Part shown: positions 8,923 to 19,467 of the stretch, one piece after another
Position numbering within the stretch: the first letter of the stretch is position 1
Layout of the letters: every line of letters begins with the position of its first letter
NCBI GenBank assembly: GCA_039630485.1
Contig: JBCNUX010000004.1
Span: forward strand, 808-64,807
DNA length: 64,000 bases
Reading direction: 5' to 3'
Source of the DNA: Chlorobiota bacterium
Lineage (GTDB): Bacteria > Bacteroidota > Ignavibacteria > Kapaibacteriales > HRBIN21
The notes under the pieces: generated by a model
What the model saw: only the letters and a program-made list of their open reading frames with translations
Databases searched by the model: none
What the model was told of the DNA's origin: nothing
Translations under genes and position numbers: made by a program

Positions 8923-9878
8923 AGCCCAGCTCCGAGCAGACCTGCTACAATCGTACTCACGTTCTTCCGCACCATACCCTCGTACGTCTCAGCCCCACTG
9001 CCTGGGGGGCCAAGGGCGTCGGAGAAGAGCTCACCACCAATCCGCACCGACCATCCCTGCTGCCGGGCGATGGCGACGACATTGTCCATCAACCGGGCCG
9101 GCAGCGTACTCTCGGTAAAGACAGCCGGTAAGCGGCGGCGCGCCACCACCTCGGCTACACGCACCATATCGTGCAGCCCAAATTCTGCCGCTGTCGAGAT
9201 CCCCTGGAGTGACAGCGTCTCCAACCCATACGCTCGTCCGAAGTAGCCGAAGGCATCGTGGACCGTTACCAGCAGGCGAAACTGCGGTGGAATTTGCCCA
9301 ATCTGGCTCCGGACCCACTGATCCAGGGTATCCAGGCGTTGCGCATACTGTAGTGCCCGTTGTTCCCACTGTTGCCGTCGCTCCGGGAAGAGCTTCCCGA
9401 GGGTATCGGCCACCCGCAGCACGACTTCGCGCCAGAGGCGAACATCCAGCCACAGGTGTGGGTCATACACGCCTTCGGCCAGACGGCGTAGCGAGTCCTT
9501 TGGAACCAACTCTGCTGCAAACACAACCGGTTTCCGCCGCGCAACCCCCTGCAGCACCTCCTCCATCCTGCCCTCAAGCCGCAGGCCGTGGGCAACAACG
9601 CAGGCCGCCCGCTGCAGCGCCTGGACGTCCTCCAACGTGGGCTTGTACAGATGCGGGTCTATCCCCGCTCCCATGAGCACACGGACGGGGACATCCGCCT
9701 GGACGATGGCACGGACCGCATCCCCCAGAATGCTCGTCGTCACCACGATACCCTCTGTCGACTCTGCTCGCTCTGCCGAGCAGCCCCAGAGGACAGCACT
9801 CCCGAATCCCAACAACGCTGCAACCCACAAGGCACAGCCCAAATGCCCAACAGCTCGGTGCCGCTGCCTTCCGTACAT
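8919..9878 (-). CDS. metal ABC transporter substrate-binding lipoprotein (ZnuA/TroA/MntC family)
   Basis: ORF 8919..10142 trimmed to ATG 9878 (MYGRQRHRAVGHLGCALWVAALLGFGSAVLWGC, lipobox). The body is TroA-like (VVTTSILGDAVRAIV...DPHLYKPT...DPHLWLDV...HDAFGYF). An alternative upstream ATG at 9959 is not excluded. Confidence 0.85.
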   Translation of the reverse strand: MYGRQRHRAVGHLGCALWVAALLGFGSAVLWGCSAERAESTEGIVVTTSILGDAVRAIVQADVPVRVLMGAGIDPHLYKPTLEDVQALQRAACVVAHGLRLEGRMEEVLQGVARRKPVVFAAELVPKDSLRRLAEGVYDPHLWLDVRLWREVVLRVADTLGKLFPERRQQWEQRALQYAQRLDTLDQWVRSQIGQIPPQFRLLVTVHDAFGYFGRAYGLETLSLQGISTAAEFGLHDMVRVAEVVARRRLPAVFTESTLPARLMDNVVAIARQQGWSVRIGGELFSDALGPPGSGAETYEGMVRKNVSTIVAGLLGAGL

Positions 9879-9952
9879 CAGCCACTGTGACCGTTCCCTG
9901 TCGGTTCGGAAACGAATGCTCGCCTCCTTCAATTGCTTGCCGCCATGGCCCG

Positions 9953-11092
9953 TCAGCATTGCAACGCCATCTGCAGCGCTGTCACGAAACGGTCGGCAGC
10001 CTGCCCGATCCCAAATTCTCGACAGGCCCGCTCGCTCACCGCAGATCGGCGCTCCCGCAATTCCTCTCGATGTTCTCGCACCCATTGGAGGATACGAACC
10101 AGCCCCAGGAGGTCCGTAGGCTCGAATACCTGCCCGTTCCATCCTGGCTGGATGAGGTCGTAGGCAGCACCAACAGCCGTAGAAGCGACGACGAAGAGCC
10201 CCGAAGCCAGAGCCTCATTGACCACCAATCCCCATACCTCCAACACCGACGGCAGGACGAGCGCATCCGCCAGCGCGTAGTAGTAAGGTAGCTCCCACTG
10301 CTGCCGGAAGCCCTCGAAGAAGACCCGACCTTCCAGCCCATACGAACGGCATAACTGACGCAGCTCTGCCTCTTGCGGCCCCGTCCCGACCAAGAGGAGC
10401 CCCACGTCGGGCACCCCTAGCTCCCGGAGAGCCTTCAGGAGCAGCGCGACATTCTTTCGCGGGATGAAGCTTCCAACATAGAGCAGCAGCAGTGGCGGAT
10501 ACTGAGCACGACGAGCCTGGAACTCGGCACCAGAACGCACCAGGAGCACTTGTCGTCGGAAGGAGTCCATGTCTACCGTGTTGAGCCCGACTACGATGGG
10601 GTAGTCCCCGCCGTGAATCTCTCGAAGCCATGCTGCAGCAGGGGTTCCCAGCGCTAAGCCGACGGTTGCTTGCCGCACGAAGAACCGCTTGACAGCGAAC
10701 ACAGGGCCACCCCGTGTACGAGCGCTACCACGCCATGACTCATACCACAGCACAACGGGTATCCGATGCCGACGCGCATACAGGAGCCCTCTCCAGTAGA
10801 TGGGCTGCTCGTACCCACCGATGACCAGCACCGCTGGCTGGAGACGCCGCAGCAGTCTCCCAAGCCCCCAATTCAGATGCGGGAACCACTCCCGCTGCTG
10901 CCATACCCAGTGGAGTCCTGGCAGTACTGAGATCCGGAAGTGGTACTCCTGAGCCTGCTGTTGCCACAATCGCCATGGCTCTGTCTCTGCTGCGCAGATT
11001 ACGTAGAGCTCACCCTCAATCCGCTCGGCAACGGCATTGAAGAGCGGGATCCGGTACGGGCTGGCAATATTCGTCAGCACGGCAACTCGCAT
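9953..11092 (-). CDS. glycosyltransferase family 4 (GT-B, group 1)
   Basis: 379-aa ORF with the C-terminal GT1 signature region (LLYVGSFIPRKNVALLLKAL...ADALVLPSVLEVWGLVVNEALASGLFVVAS). Confidence 0.8.
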   Translation of the reverse strand: MRVAVLTNIASPYRIPLFNAVAERIEGELYVICAAETEPWRLWQQQAQEYHFRISVLPGLHWVWQQREWFPHLNWGLGRLLRRLQPAVLVIGGYEQPIYWRGLLYARRHRIPVVLWYESWRGSARTRGGPVFAVKRFFVRQATVGLALGTPAAAWLREIHGGDYPIVVGLNTVDMDSFRRQVLLVRSGAEFQARRAQYPPLLLLYVGSFIPRKNVALLLKALRELGVPDVGLLLVGTGPQEAELRQLCRSYGLEGRVFFEGFRQQWELPYYYALADALVLPSVLEVWGLVVNEALASGLFVVASTAVGAAYDLIQPGWNGQVFEPTDLLGLVRILQWVREHREELRERRSAVSERACREFGIGQAADRFVTALQMALQC

Positions 11093-11103
11093 GCAGCACG
11101 AGG

Positions 11104-11111
11104 CAAAATTA
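11104..11111 (-). promoter_or_regulatory. TAnnTTTG box (TAATTTTG) 11 nt upstream of the GT4 ATG
   Basis: The + strand reads CAAAATTA at 11104..11111. The very short spacing would imply a near-leaderless transcript. Confidence 0.3.
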
Positions 11112-11194
11112 CCGCCGTTGCGGCGCCATCCCTCACAGCACCCGCTGTCCTATTTTCGCAGAGTGCTCGTACCACCCAACGGGCAAGAAGGAGC

Positions 11195-12547
11195 ATGCGA
11201 CGCTTGTCAGTCCTTGCATGCCTACTGGCCTCTACCGCCGGCCACGGAATGCCCCCGGAAGGACGATGGAGCCGACTGTTAGATGCGCCCGTCTTCACCG
11301 TTGCTCTCAACCCCTCAAATCCCCAAACCCTCTACGCTGGCGGATTGGGGCACCGACTCTACCGTTCCTACGACGGCGGGCGGTCGTGGGATACGCTCAT
11401 CATCGACTTCCCCGGAGGTGCAGCACAGTTTCTGGACGTCTTCATTCACCCCCAAGACACCGCCGTCCTCCTGGTAGGGGGGTCTGGATTTGGAAAGCTT
11501 GTCCGCAGTAGCGACGGCGGAAACTCTTGGCAGGATGTGCTGGTGCCCGAGCATGCCTTTATCCTCCCGAGCGGAGCCTCTATCGTCTCCCATCCCCTCC
11601 ACCCCGACACGATCGTGCTGACCGAGTACATCGGGCCTGGATGGACACCTCCACGCCTGTACCGCTCGACCGACGGCGGACAGACGTGGGATACCCTCTC
11701 CCCAATGACGGAGCCTATCCCAAACTGTGCGCTCGCAGTCCGCTGGGACAGCCTCTACTTGGTGCTGGCACGGTGTGACGGCACCCTCTTCGTCTCTGAG
11801 GACTGGCATACGTGGCGCCGGCTGGCACATCTCCGGCTGCCAGGGTACCCGCAAGAGTCGGAAATCCCGGACATTGTGTTCGTCCCACAGCAGCCACAGC
11901 TGGGATTCCTGGTCGTCACTTTCCTGTTCGACACTACAATCGGTGGACGGCCCAACGGGGGCCTCTACAGCACTACGGATGGAGGCCGATCGTGGCAGCT
12001 CATTGCTTTCCGGGACACCAGCCTATGGGCCGTGGCACCGTTCTGGCGCGGGACGGAGTTGGAGGTCACCGTCGGCGGTTTTACGCTCTACCCCGACACC
12101 CTAGGTCGCCCGCTCGTCCCAGGCTCCGGAATCCTCCGAACATGGCGCAGCGGAAGTCATACGTGGATAGCACACGACTCTGCTATCCCGTGGTCGCCCG
12201 GCAACGCCCTCCTCCGCCGTGTCTGGCGGTTGAAGTACTCCCCCACGGGCACCCTCTACGCCGCAACGGAGCTAGGCCTTTACGCCTGGGAACCCGAACT
12301 CTCGATCGTTTCTCCTGCCGCCGAGATGCCGGAAGCGGTATGGCTGCAAGCCCGCGAATGGCATCTGGTACTCCCTTGGAGCGGGATCCTACGGTTGACA
12401 ACCCTGACGGGCCAGACCGTACTCCACTGCCTTCTACCTGCGGGACCAACGACACTGAGCCTCTCCGGACTCGCCTGTGGAGTCTACCTTGCCGAGCTCC
12501 AGAGCCCCCAAGGACTTAGCCGGCGTTGGCGTCTGCTCTTGCCGTAA
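11195..12547 (+). CDS. BNR/Asp-box repeat (sialidase- or Ycf48-like beta-propeller) secreted protein with T9SS C-terminal sorting domain
   Basis: ATG 11195 is preceded by AAGGAG. Signal peptide MRRLSVLACLLASTAGHG. Asp-boxes SYDGGRSWD, SSDGGNSWQ, STDGGQTWD, TTDGGRSWQ. The C-terminus ...LSLSGLACGVYLAELQSPQGLSRRWRLLLP resembles a T9SS CTD. Confidence 0.7.
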   Translation: MRRLSVLACLLASTAGHGMPPEGRWSRLLDAPVFTVALNPSNPQTLYAGGLGHRLYRSYDGGRSWDTLIIDFPGGAAQFLDVFIHPQDTAVLLVGGSGFGKLVRSSDGGNSWQDVLVPEHAFILPSGASIVSHPLHPDTIVLTEYIGPGWTPPRLYRSTDGGQTWDTLSPMTEPIPNCALAVRWDSLYLVLARCDGTLFVSEDWHTWRRLAHLRLPGYPQESEIPDIVFVPQQPQLGFLVVTFLFDTTIGGRPNGGLYSTTDGGRSWQLIAFRDTSLWAVAPFWRGTELEVTVGGFTLYPDTLGRPLVPGSGILRTWRSGSHTWIAHDSAIPWSPGNALLRRVWRLKYSPTGTLYAATELGLYAWEPELSIVSPAAEMPEAVWLQAREWHLVLPWSGILRLTTLTGQTVLHCLLPAGPTTLSLSGLACGVYLAELQSPQGLSRRWRLLLP

Positions 12548-12559
12548 GTGCCGAGCCTC

Positions 12560-13654
12560 TCAGCGACCTAGCCAGCGGTGGAGCTGATACCAAGCCGGGG
12601 CTTTCTGTTCCACTGTATCCAAGACCCTCGGCACGTCCTCCTCGAGCTTCGCCAATTCTTCAGCCCGCAGGCGCCGCCAAGCTCCAGCAGGGAGTGAGTC
12701 TGTTGTCAGGAACCCAAGACGATAACGATGGAGATGGAGAATCTCCAACTTGGCACCCTTCAGCAGCCGGTGGAGGAAGGCCAGCGGTAGCTGTCGGGCC
12801 ACGATTCGCAACCAGCAAGTGCGGGAGTTTTCCTGCAACAGCTCCACACGAGCTTGGGCATTGTACTGCGACATCCGTCGTAGCTCTTCTGTGAGCTGTT
12901 CCAGCTCCCGCCTCTCGACGTGGCGATGGACCTTGACATGGTACTCCTTCTCCACCAAGCTCAAGGGAGAGCGCTCAGGATTACGGTAGGCCGGGTCGGA
13001 ACTGAAGATAACGAGCCCACTGGCGAACTTCGTCAGCCGCCCGCATGGGAAGTATCCTCCCCGCCGTTTCGGCAAGTACTCGTAGACCGTCGGCATCCCC
13101 AGCTCTTTCGAACCAGAGACGTGGCGCGGCTTGTGGAAGACCACCGTATACTGCTCCACTGGCGGGAAGGTGAGCTCTATCCCGTCCACGACAATGGTGT
13201 CGCGATGAATACGCACTTGCGTGTTGGGTTCCAGTATCGTCTCCCCATTGACCTGGACCCGGCCTTCTCGGATGAGCTGCAGAGCAATGGCACGGGAAGC
13301 ATCCTTCAGCCGTCCGAGTGCACGCGCTAAGCTCATCAGACGCGGTTCAGGCGGGGCCTTCTTGACTCGCCGACGGCGTGCCTGAGTGCGCTGGCGGCGT
13401 AGCACCCGCTTCCTTCGTGCTTGGAAATCCCCCCTTCGCTTCCAGCCGGACGGCGACGAGAGTCCTCGAGCTGTAGACGGCGCACCCTCCCGCTGTCGAG
13501 CATCACGCCGAAACTTCTTTCGATGGCGGAAGTACCGTTGCGGACGCCCCCCTTCTCGAGCGCCACCAGCGTCCTCTCCCCCGACATTCCGTGGTGGTTG
13601 CGTCATCATGCCGCTCACCCAATCGATCGTGGAACTTCTCACCATAAGCCTCAC
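12560..13654 (-). CDS. RsuA/RluB-family pseudouridine synthase homologue with S4 domain and Arg-rich N-terminal extension; catalytic Asp replaced
   Basis: S4-like LARALGRLKDASRAIALQLIREGRVQVNGE. The catalytic-loop homologue reads CGRLTKFASGLVIFSSDP where the family has GRLD. The start is uncertain: 13654 is GTG, and in-frame ATGs follow at 13609 and further down. Confidence 0.7.
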   Translation of the reverse strand: MRLMVRSSTIDWVSGMMTQPPRNVGGEDAGGAREGGRPQRYFRHRKKFRRDARQREGAPSTARGLSSPSGWKRRGDFQARRKRVLRRQRTQARRRRVKKAPPEPRLMSLARALGRLKDASRAIALQLIREGRVQVNGETILEPNTQVRIHRDTIVVDGIELTFPPVEQYTVVFHKPRHVSGSKELGMPTVYEYLPKRRGGYFPCGRLTKFASGLVIFSSDPAYRNPERSPLSLVEKEYHVKVHRHVERRELEQLTEELRRMSQYNAQARVELLQENSRTCWLRIVARQLPLAFLHRLLKGAKLEILHLHRYRLGFLTTDSLPAGAWRRLRAEELAKLEEDVPRVLDTVEQKAPAWYQLHRWLGR

Positions 13655-14256
13655 GCAATCCAGCGCAGAGCAATGAAGCCTAGAACCAAGAGCACGACGA
13701 AGGCCAGTGCCAAGCGGTCAAAGTACCGCTCTATCCATCGCTGCATAACGGGCCCGAAGGCCCACAGCAACCCAGCAACGATGAAGAAGCGAGCAGCCCT
13801 CCCGACAAGCGATAGCACGACGAAAGGGACCAACGGGAGGGCTACAGCCCCTGCGGCAATCGTCGCGATCTTGTAGGGTATCGGGGAAAAGGCTGCGGCC
13901 AAGAGAAACCACACCCCTGCCTCTCCCCGGTACAGCTCTGAAACCTGCTGCCACGCGTGGTGCGCGTTGTAGAACTCTACAATCCACCACCCGATTACAT
14001 CCATGAAGCCGTGCCCGATAGCGTAGCCAAACAATCCCCCAAGGACGGAGCCCAGCGTGCAGATAGCAGCAATCGCAAAGGCACGCTCCTGGCGCAGCAG
14101 CACCATTGGGATGAGCATTACATCAGGCGGAATCGGAAACACCGAAGCCTCTAAGAACGCCAAACCGAACAACGTCCACGAAGCTCCCGGACGTGCCGCA
14201 GCAGCCTCCATCCACGCCTTAGTCCTCCACAACCACTGGTGAATCCGCCGTACCAT
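13651..14256 (-). CDS. YqaA/DedA-like (SNARE-associated) membrane protein
   Basis: 201-aa polytopic ORF with the motif LAFLEASVFPIPPDVMLIPMVLL typical of the YqaA family. Confidence 0.75.
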   Translation of the reverse strand: MVRRIHQWLWRTKAWMEAAAARPGASWTLFGLAFLEASVFPIPPDVMLIPMVLLRQERAFAIAAICTLGSVLGGLFGYAIGHGFMDVIGWWIVEFYNAHHAWQQVSELYRGEAGVWFLLAAAFSPIPYKIATIAAGAVALPLVPFVVLSLVGRAARFFIVAGLLWAFGPVMQRWIERYFDRLALAFVVLLVLGFIALRWIA

Positions 14257-15207
14257 TCAGACTTCTTGCCACTCCCCCATACGGAAGAACTTCTCCTGAC
14301 GCCGCCGCACAAGCTCCTCAATCGGCACTTGGCTCAAACTCTGGAGCTCTTCCCGCAAGACTCCACGGAGGATATCGTACATCTGTGCTGGACTGCGGTG
14401 AGCTCCCCCAAGGGGCTCAGGGACAACACGATCTATGACTCCATGCCGCAAAAGGTCTTCAGCGCACAGCTCCAGCTCCTCTGCAGCCTGCTCCTTGAAG
14501 TCCCAGCTCCGCCAGAGGATGCTGGAGCAGGACTCCGGTGCAATGACGGAATACCAGGCATACTGCAGCATCAGAATCCGGTCCCCAACCCCTATGCCAA
14601 GTGCCCCGCCAGATCCTCCCTCACCAATGACAACGACAATGATTGGCGTTCTGAGGCGTGCCATTTCGAATAAGTTGCGTGCAATCGCCTCAGCTTGTCC
14701 GCGCTCTTCCGCCTCAATGCCAGGGAAGGCCCCTGGAGTGTCCAGGAACGTTATCACCGGCCTCTGGAACTTCTCCGCCAACCGGAAGAGGCGCAGTGCT
14801 TTGCGATATCCCTCCGGATTCGGCATACCGAAGTTACGGCGGAGGTTCTCTTGAGTGGTGCGTCCCTTCTGGTGCCCGACGACAACGACTGGTGTCCCTT
14901 CGAACCGGGCTAGTCCCCCAACGATAGCAGGATCATCCCCAGCGCAACGGTCGCCATGGAGCTCCACGAAGTCGGTAAAGATGGCCTGGATGTAGTCCAG
15001 CGTGTATGGCCGTTCTGGATGACGGGCAATTTGGACCCGTTGCCACCGAGTGAGATTTGCATAGACCTGCTGACGGAGTTGCTCAACTTGCTGCTCCAGT
15101 GCTTCCACCTCGGCAGCAATGTCCAGCTGGGCCGCCAGGGCCCGCATTTCGGCAATCTTCTGCTCTAACTCCACAATGGGCTTCTCAAAGTCCAGCACGT
15201 GTCTCAC
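14257..15207 (-). CDS. accA: acetyl-CoA carboxylase carboxyltransferase subunit alpha
   Basis: [18 protein letters not shown]..., [39 protein letters not shown] and [13 protein letters not shown] are canonical AccA blocks. Confidence 0.95.
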   Translation of the reverse strand: MRHVLDFEKPIVELEQKIAEMRALAAQLDIAAEVEALEQQVEQLRQQVYANLTRWQRVQIARHPERPYTLDYIQAIFTDFVELHGDRCAGDDPAIVGGLARFEGTPVVVVGHQKGRTTQENLRRNFGMPNPEGYRKALRLFRLAEKFQRPVITFLDTPGAFPGIEAEERGQAEAIARNLFEMARLRTPIIVVVIGEGGSGGALGIGVGDRILMLQYAWYSVIAPESCSSILWRSWDFKEQAAEELELCAEDLLRHGVIDRVVPEPLGGAHRSPAQMYDILRGVLREELQSLSQVPIEELVRRRQEKFFRMGEWQEV

Positions 15208-17209
15208 GGCGAAACCTCCGCACGAGATAGTTGAGCATAATCTCTAGGTCCAGCGCAAGAGAAGCGTGGCGCAGGTAGTAGTTGTTGAGTTGCTGGAGCA
15301 CGTTCTTCGGTAGCGAGGCTCCCCCACTGAGGTGGGCTAACCCGGTAATGCCTGGCTTACCGAAGCCCGCCTCCCCTGCTGTTCCTTCCAGCGGGTAGAG
15401 GCCAACGACACTCCACTGGCCACGCAGCACATTCCACCAACGGCGTAGGAAATCCCCTCGCCGGGGCCTCAAAAATACAAGAGCAAGCCCGAACAGTAAG
15501 GCTGCCGACGCCACTAGAATATCCACGCAGCGCTTCAGCAGTCGCAGGCGAGGATGGAGGAGAGGGTACTTCTGCCACATCGGCTCCTGGCCAAGGAGCT
15601 CCCCGACGAAGCGCTGGACGTAAAGCTCCTCGGGATGGTGCACGATGTAGAGCCGAACGCGCCACCGCGCCAGCCGTTCCACAATGTTGACCAACTCTCC
15701 GGGAGGCAGATCAGGCTCCGCTGCTACGAGCTCCTGAATCCGCCATCGCTCCACAATTGCCGGCAGCTCCGAGCTCTCCCCTAAGGCAGGTAATCCTGAA
15801 TCGGCCTCTGCTCGTGTCCCATACTGCACAAAGCCAACAACCACCACCCCTGGCAATCCTGCCACTCCCTCCGATAGTGTTGTAGCAACTTTGCGGGCAA
15901 CCTCCCCTGTACCCAAGATGGCCACACGCCGTGGCGCCATACTCTGGCGCAACCAGCGTCGGAGTTGCACCGCCAATCGCACCCCCATCCCCCACAGAGC
16001 CGCCCCCGCAGCGGTTCCCAGCACTACCCAGCGGCTGAAGGCGTAGTCCTTGAAGAAGTAGGTCAGGGATGCTAGGGCGAAGAAGGCGAGTGCATATACC
16101 AGTAGAGCCCGGGATAGCCGGACGCGCCGCTCCAAGTAGTCCCCGAAGAGCAGCATCAGCCCAAAGATGAGTCCTCCCACCACGATGAAGACTGTCGGGT
16201 AGGCATACGGCCGGAGCCCGAAGAGACTGCCGAACCGTAGCCATGTCGCCACCATGAGTGCTCCAAGGGCTCCTAGGAGGTCTGCAATCCCCAGCAGCCA
16301 CAGATTCGGGAACTGAGCGGCCCGGGCCAGTAGCTTCCGAAGCCCAATCCCCAAGTAGAGCAGCGGGGCAACTGGGGAGCGCCCGTAGTATTGGCGCACG
16401 AAGATGCGCATCGCATCGTAGAAGTGATGGATGACATCGGTCGTCGTGCGCCGGGCACTCTCCCCTTTGAAGTGGACCACCGTTGCGGTTCCTACGTAGC
16501 CGATCCGCCACCCGGCCCGGTGTGCCCGGTAGCAGAGGTCAACGTCCTCGCCGTAGAGGAAGTACTCTGGATCAAAGCCGCCGAGCTCCTGCAGGAGCTC
16601 CCGTCGGCAGAGCATGAAGGCACCGGAAATCACCTCCGCGTACCCTACCTCATCCTCTGGCCGGAACCGCTGGGCATAGCGGGCAAACAGGCGCGACCGC
16701 GGTGCCAGCCGCTCGAGGCCGAAGAGCCGCGTGAACGACACCCATGGTGTCGGGAACCCACGGCGACAGGTCTCCTGAAAGGTGCCGTCAGCGTTCAGCA
16801 CCCGACAACCAGCTATGCCCACTTCAGGATGGTGCGCCATGTAATCCAGCAGTGTGCGTAGGGCATCCGGGTGTACTAAGGTGTCCGGATTCAGCAGCAG
16901 GATGTAACGTCCCCGTGCCTGGGCAATGCCGATGTTGCTGGCCCTCCCAAATCCAATGTTGGCTGGCAGCGCGATCCAATGTACCTCTGGGAACTCCGCC
17001 GACAACCGTGTAACAGTGTCGTCTTCGGAGGCATTGTCCACCACGAGCACCTCCGCATCGATGCCTGCCAGTGCCTGCCGGAGCGAGCGGAGGCACTGGC
17101 GGAGGAACTCAGCCACATTGTGGCTGACGATCACCACCGACAGCTCACACGTCGGTGGCTGGGCCAGTGCTGCCCGCACGTCAACGGTCGGTGTAGTAGC
17201 AACGCTCAT
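15185..17209 (-). CDS. glycosyltransferase family 2 fused to a membrane region and a degenerate WbaP-like phosphoglycosyl-transferase C-terminus
   Basis: N-terminus is GT2 ([21 protein letters not shown]...[10 protein letters not shown]). The middle is multi-TM. The C-terminus aligns with the neighbouring sugar transferase ([22 protein letters not shown]...[13 protein letters not shown]...PGITGLAHL...[12 protein letters not shown]). It lacks the GRPIFF...KFRTM and DE.PQ/GPRP blocks. Confidence 0.75.
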   Translation of the reverse strand: MSVATTPTVDVRAALAQPPTCELSVVIVSHNVAEFLRQCLRSLRQALAGIDAEVLVVDNASEDDTVTRLSAEFPEVHWIALPANIGFGRASNIGIAQARGRYILLLNPDTLVHPDALRTLLDYMAHHPEVGIAGCRVLNADGTFQETCRRGFPTPWVSFTRLFGLERLAPRSRLFARYAQRFRPEDEVGYAEVISGAFMLCRRELLQELGGFDPEYFLYGEDVDLCYRAHRAGWRIGYVGTATVVHFKGESARRTTTDVIHHFYDAMRIFVRQYYGRSPVAPLLYLGIGLRKLLARAAQFPNLWLLGIADLLGALGALMVATWLRFGSLFGLRPYAYPTVFIVVGGLIFGLMLLFGDYLERRVRLSRALLVYALAFFALASLTYFFKDYAFSRWVVLGTAAGAALWGMGVRLAVQLRRWLRQSMAPRRVAILGTGEVARKVATTLSEGVAGLPGVVVVGFVQYGTRAEADSGLPALGESSELPAIVERWRIQELVAAEPDLPPGELVNIVERLARWRVRLYIVHHPEELYVQRFVGELLGQEPMWQKYPLLHPRLRLLKRCVDILVASAALLFGLALVFLRPRRGDFLRRWWNVLRGQWSVVGLYPLEGTAGEAGFGKPGITGLAHLSGGASLPKNVLQQLNNYYLRHASLALDLEIMLNYLVRRFRRETRAGL

Positions 17210-17918
17210 CCCTCAGAAGGCTCGACAGACGCAACCGCCAGACCATCCATGCGGCCTCCGAGACGATGCCACGGTTGAGCTTAGAGAAGCCGCTACGACG
17301 GTCTACGAAGACAATTGGCACCTCCACGATGCGGCAACCTAAGCGCCAAAGTCGGTAGGTGACCTCAATCTGGAAGGCGTAGCCATTGGAGCGAATCCGG
17401 TCCCACCGGAGGCGGCGGAGAGTGCGGGCCCAAAAGGCCTTGAAGCCACTCGTGGCGTCAGCAATTGGCATCCCCGTGACCCATCGCGTATACCGATTCG
17501 CTAGCCAGCTCAGGAGTAAGCGTCCCATCGGCCAGTTGACGACATTGACCCCACTGACGTAGCGCGATCCCAGTGCTACATCAGCGTTTGCTAAAGCCGC
17601 CACAAGCCGCGGCACGTCCCGAGGATCATGCGAGAAATCCGCATCCATCTGCACCACCACCTCATACTCCTGCTGGAGTGCCCACTGGAAGCCCTGGCAG
17701 TAAGCGGAACCCAGCCCCAACTTTGCTGGCCGCTCAATGAGATGGACTCGCCCAGGCACGCGCTCCTGCCATCGTCGTACCTCTTCCGCCGTCCCATCCG
17801 GCGAAGCGTCGTCCACTATGAGTACCTCCGGCTCCATCTCCAGCCGGAGGAGCGCCGGGATGAGCTCCGCGATGTTCTCACGCTCGTCGTAGGTCGGGAT
17901 GACAATCAGTGTCCTCAC
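17181..17918 (-). CDS. polyprenol-monophosphate mannose/glucose synthase (Dpm1-like GT2)
   Basis: GTG start. MRTLIVIPTYDERENIAELIPALL...VLIVDDASPDGTAEEV...VVQMDADFSHDP is a typical dolichyl/polyprenyl-phosphate glycosyltransferase pattern. Confidence 0.85.
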   Translation of the reverse strand: MRTLIVIPTYDERENIAELIPALLRLEMEPEVLIVDDASPDGTAEEVRRWQERVPGRVHLIERPAKLGLGSAYCQGFQWALQQEYEVVVQMDADFSHDPRDVPRLVAALANADVALGSRYVSGVNVVNWPMGRLLLSWLANRYTRWVTGMPIADATSGFKAFWARTLRRLRWDRIRSNGYAFQIEVTYRLWRLGCRIVEVPIVFVDRRSGFSKLNRGIVSEAAWMVWRLRLSSLLRDERCYYTDR

Positions 17919-17921
17919 CCT

Positions 17922-19394
17922 TCACACCCCCTTGCCCGTGAGCATCACCCACACCGTGCGGAGCATAATCTCCAGGTCCAGCGCCAGCGACTGGTTCTCG
18001 ATGTAGTAGAAGTCCATCTCCAACCGGGAGCGCACCCCCTCTACTGTCGGCACGTTGAGCTCCTGACGACGACACACTTGCCACCATCCCGTAATCCCTG
18101 GCTTGACGCAGTGCCGGCGAGGGTACTCGGGCACCATTTGGGTAAAGAGCTCCACGTAGTACGGTCGCTCTGGCCGAGGACCAACGATGCTCATTTCGCC
18201 TTTGAGTACGTTCCAGAACTGCGGGATCTCGTCCAAGTACGTCTTGCGCAACCACCTCCCAACCCGTGTGATTCGCGGGTCGCCCCGCTGTGTCCAGAGC
18301 CGGCTCGGGTCCCCCTCGGGCAGCATCGTGCGGAACTTGTAGAGTCGGAATATGCGCCCATGTCGTCCAACCCGCTCCTGGACGAAGAAGATAGGACGCC
18401 CACTGTCAACCCAGATCGCGGCAGCGATCAACAGCCACAAGGGAGCACCGACGAAGAGTATCAGGGCGCTGATGACGATATCTAAGGTCCGCTTCACGAA
18501 GGCCTGCCAGGGGTTGAGAATCTCCGGGTTCAGCTCCAGGAGGCTCGTGCCGTAGAGGCGTCGGATACGAGCCTGCCCAGACGTGACCCGGTAGAGCTCC
18601 GGCAGCATCTTGACCCCTACCCGAGCCTCCTCAGCAATGCCCACCACTTTGCCCACCTCTTGCGGATCCGGCGGCTGAAAGGCCAGAAGGAGCTCCTCCG
18701 GCTCCCATCGGCGGATGAGTTCACGCAATACTGCTATGGTCCCGAGAACCGGAATAGGGCCCTTGCCGTTCCACTCCTGCTCCGACATCCCACTCGACGG
18801 TAGGACGACCCCGAGCGGACGGTAGCCCCAATGCGGGATCCGACGCAACTCCTCGAGCAATCGCTCAATCCCCCGCGGATTTCCCACCAGGAGGGCTGGT
18901 ATCACGAGGATTCCGCGCTGCCGGAGGGAGCGCTGGAGCGCCCGCACTGCTAAACGACCAGCCCCCAGCCCAATCCCAAGGAAAGCCGCGTAGATCCCTG
19001 CCACTGCCCGAAAGTTGCTTCGGTAGAAATCGCCACTATCCCAGAACACCAGCACCAATAGCAGGGCTATCCCAAGCAGCACCGAGCGCACCACTGCCCA
19101 TAGCTCCTCCAGCGGCGGACGGCTGTACCAGTTCCGGTAGAGCCCTGCGAGCCAGAACAACAGCACCCAGTAGCCCGTCAGCATTGAGACGATGGCTACG
19201 ACCTCCCCACCGGTCGGAGTAGCCACGGAGTCCAGCCAGCCACTGGCAAAGCGCACCCAGAGGTAGCCCAGGGTCCCTAGCACGAGCACAGCGAGGTCCA
19301 CCCCTAGCTGGAACACTACTGGACTGTGTTGCCCGCTCTTCCAGCGCCACCGTCGCTGCGTCAGTGATGCAGGATACGTGACAGCGTCTGCCAT
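17922..19394 (-). CDS. polyprenyl glycosylphosphotransferase (WbaP/EpsB-type initiating sugar transferase)
   Basis: N-terminal TM bundle and a complete catalytic domain ([25 protein letters not shown]...[40 protein letters not shown]...PGITGWWQV). Confidence 0.9.
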   Translation of the reverse strand: MADAVTYPASLTQRRWRWKSGQHSPVVFQLGVDLAVLVLGTLGYLWVRFASGWLDSVATPTGGEVVAIVSMLTGYWVLLFWLAGLYRNWYSRPPLEELWAVVRSVLLGIALLLVLVFWDSGDFYRSNFRAVAGIYAAFLGIGLGAGRLAVRALQRSLRQRGILVIPALLVGNPRGIERLLEELRRIPHWGYRPLGVVLPSSGMSEQEWNGKGPIPVLGTIAVLRELIRRWEPEELLLAFQPPDPQEVGKVVGIAEEARVGVKMLPELYRVTSGQARIRRLYGTSLLELNPEILNPWQAFVKRTLDIVISALILFVGAPLWLLIAAAIWVDSGRPIFFVQERVGRHGRIFRLYKFRTMLPEGDPSRLWTQRGDPRITRVGRWLRKTYLDEIPQFWNVLKGEMSIVGPRPERPYYVELFTQMVPEYPRRHCVKPGITGWWQVCRRQELNVPTVEGVRSRLEMDFYYIENQSLALDLEIMLRTVWVMLTGKGV

Positions 19395-19459
19395 GCCTCA
19401 CGTATTACTGCTGTCAGCCTCGACTGAGCTCAGGAAACGGACTGGCGACGTCGGCTCTG

Positions 19460-19467
19460 TATTTTTG
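19460..19467 (+). promoter_or_regulatory. TAnnTTTG promoter box (TATTTTTG) 31 nt upstream of the GT2 ATG
   Basis: It is part of the 15-mer TGTATTTTTGCTGCC (19458..19472), which recurs at 32220..32234. Confidence 0.5.
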
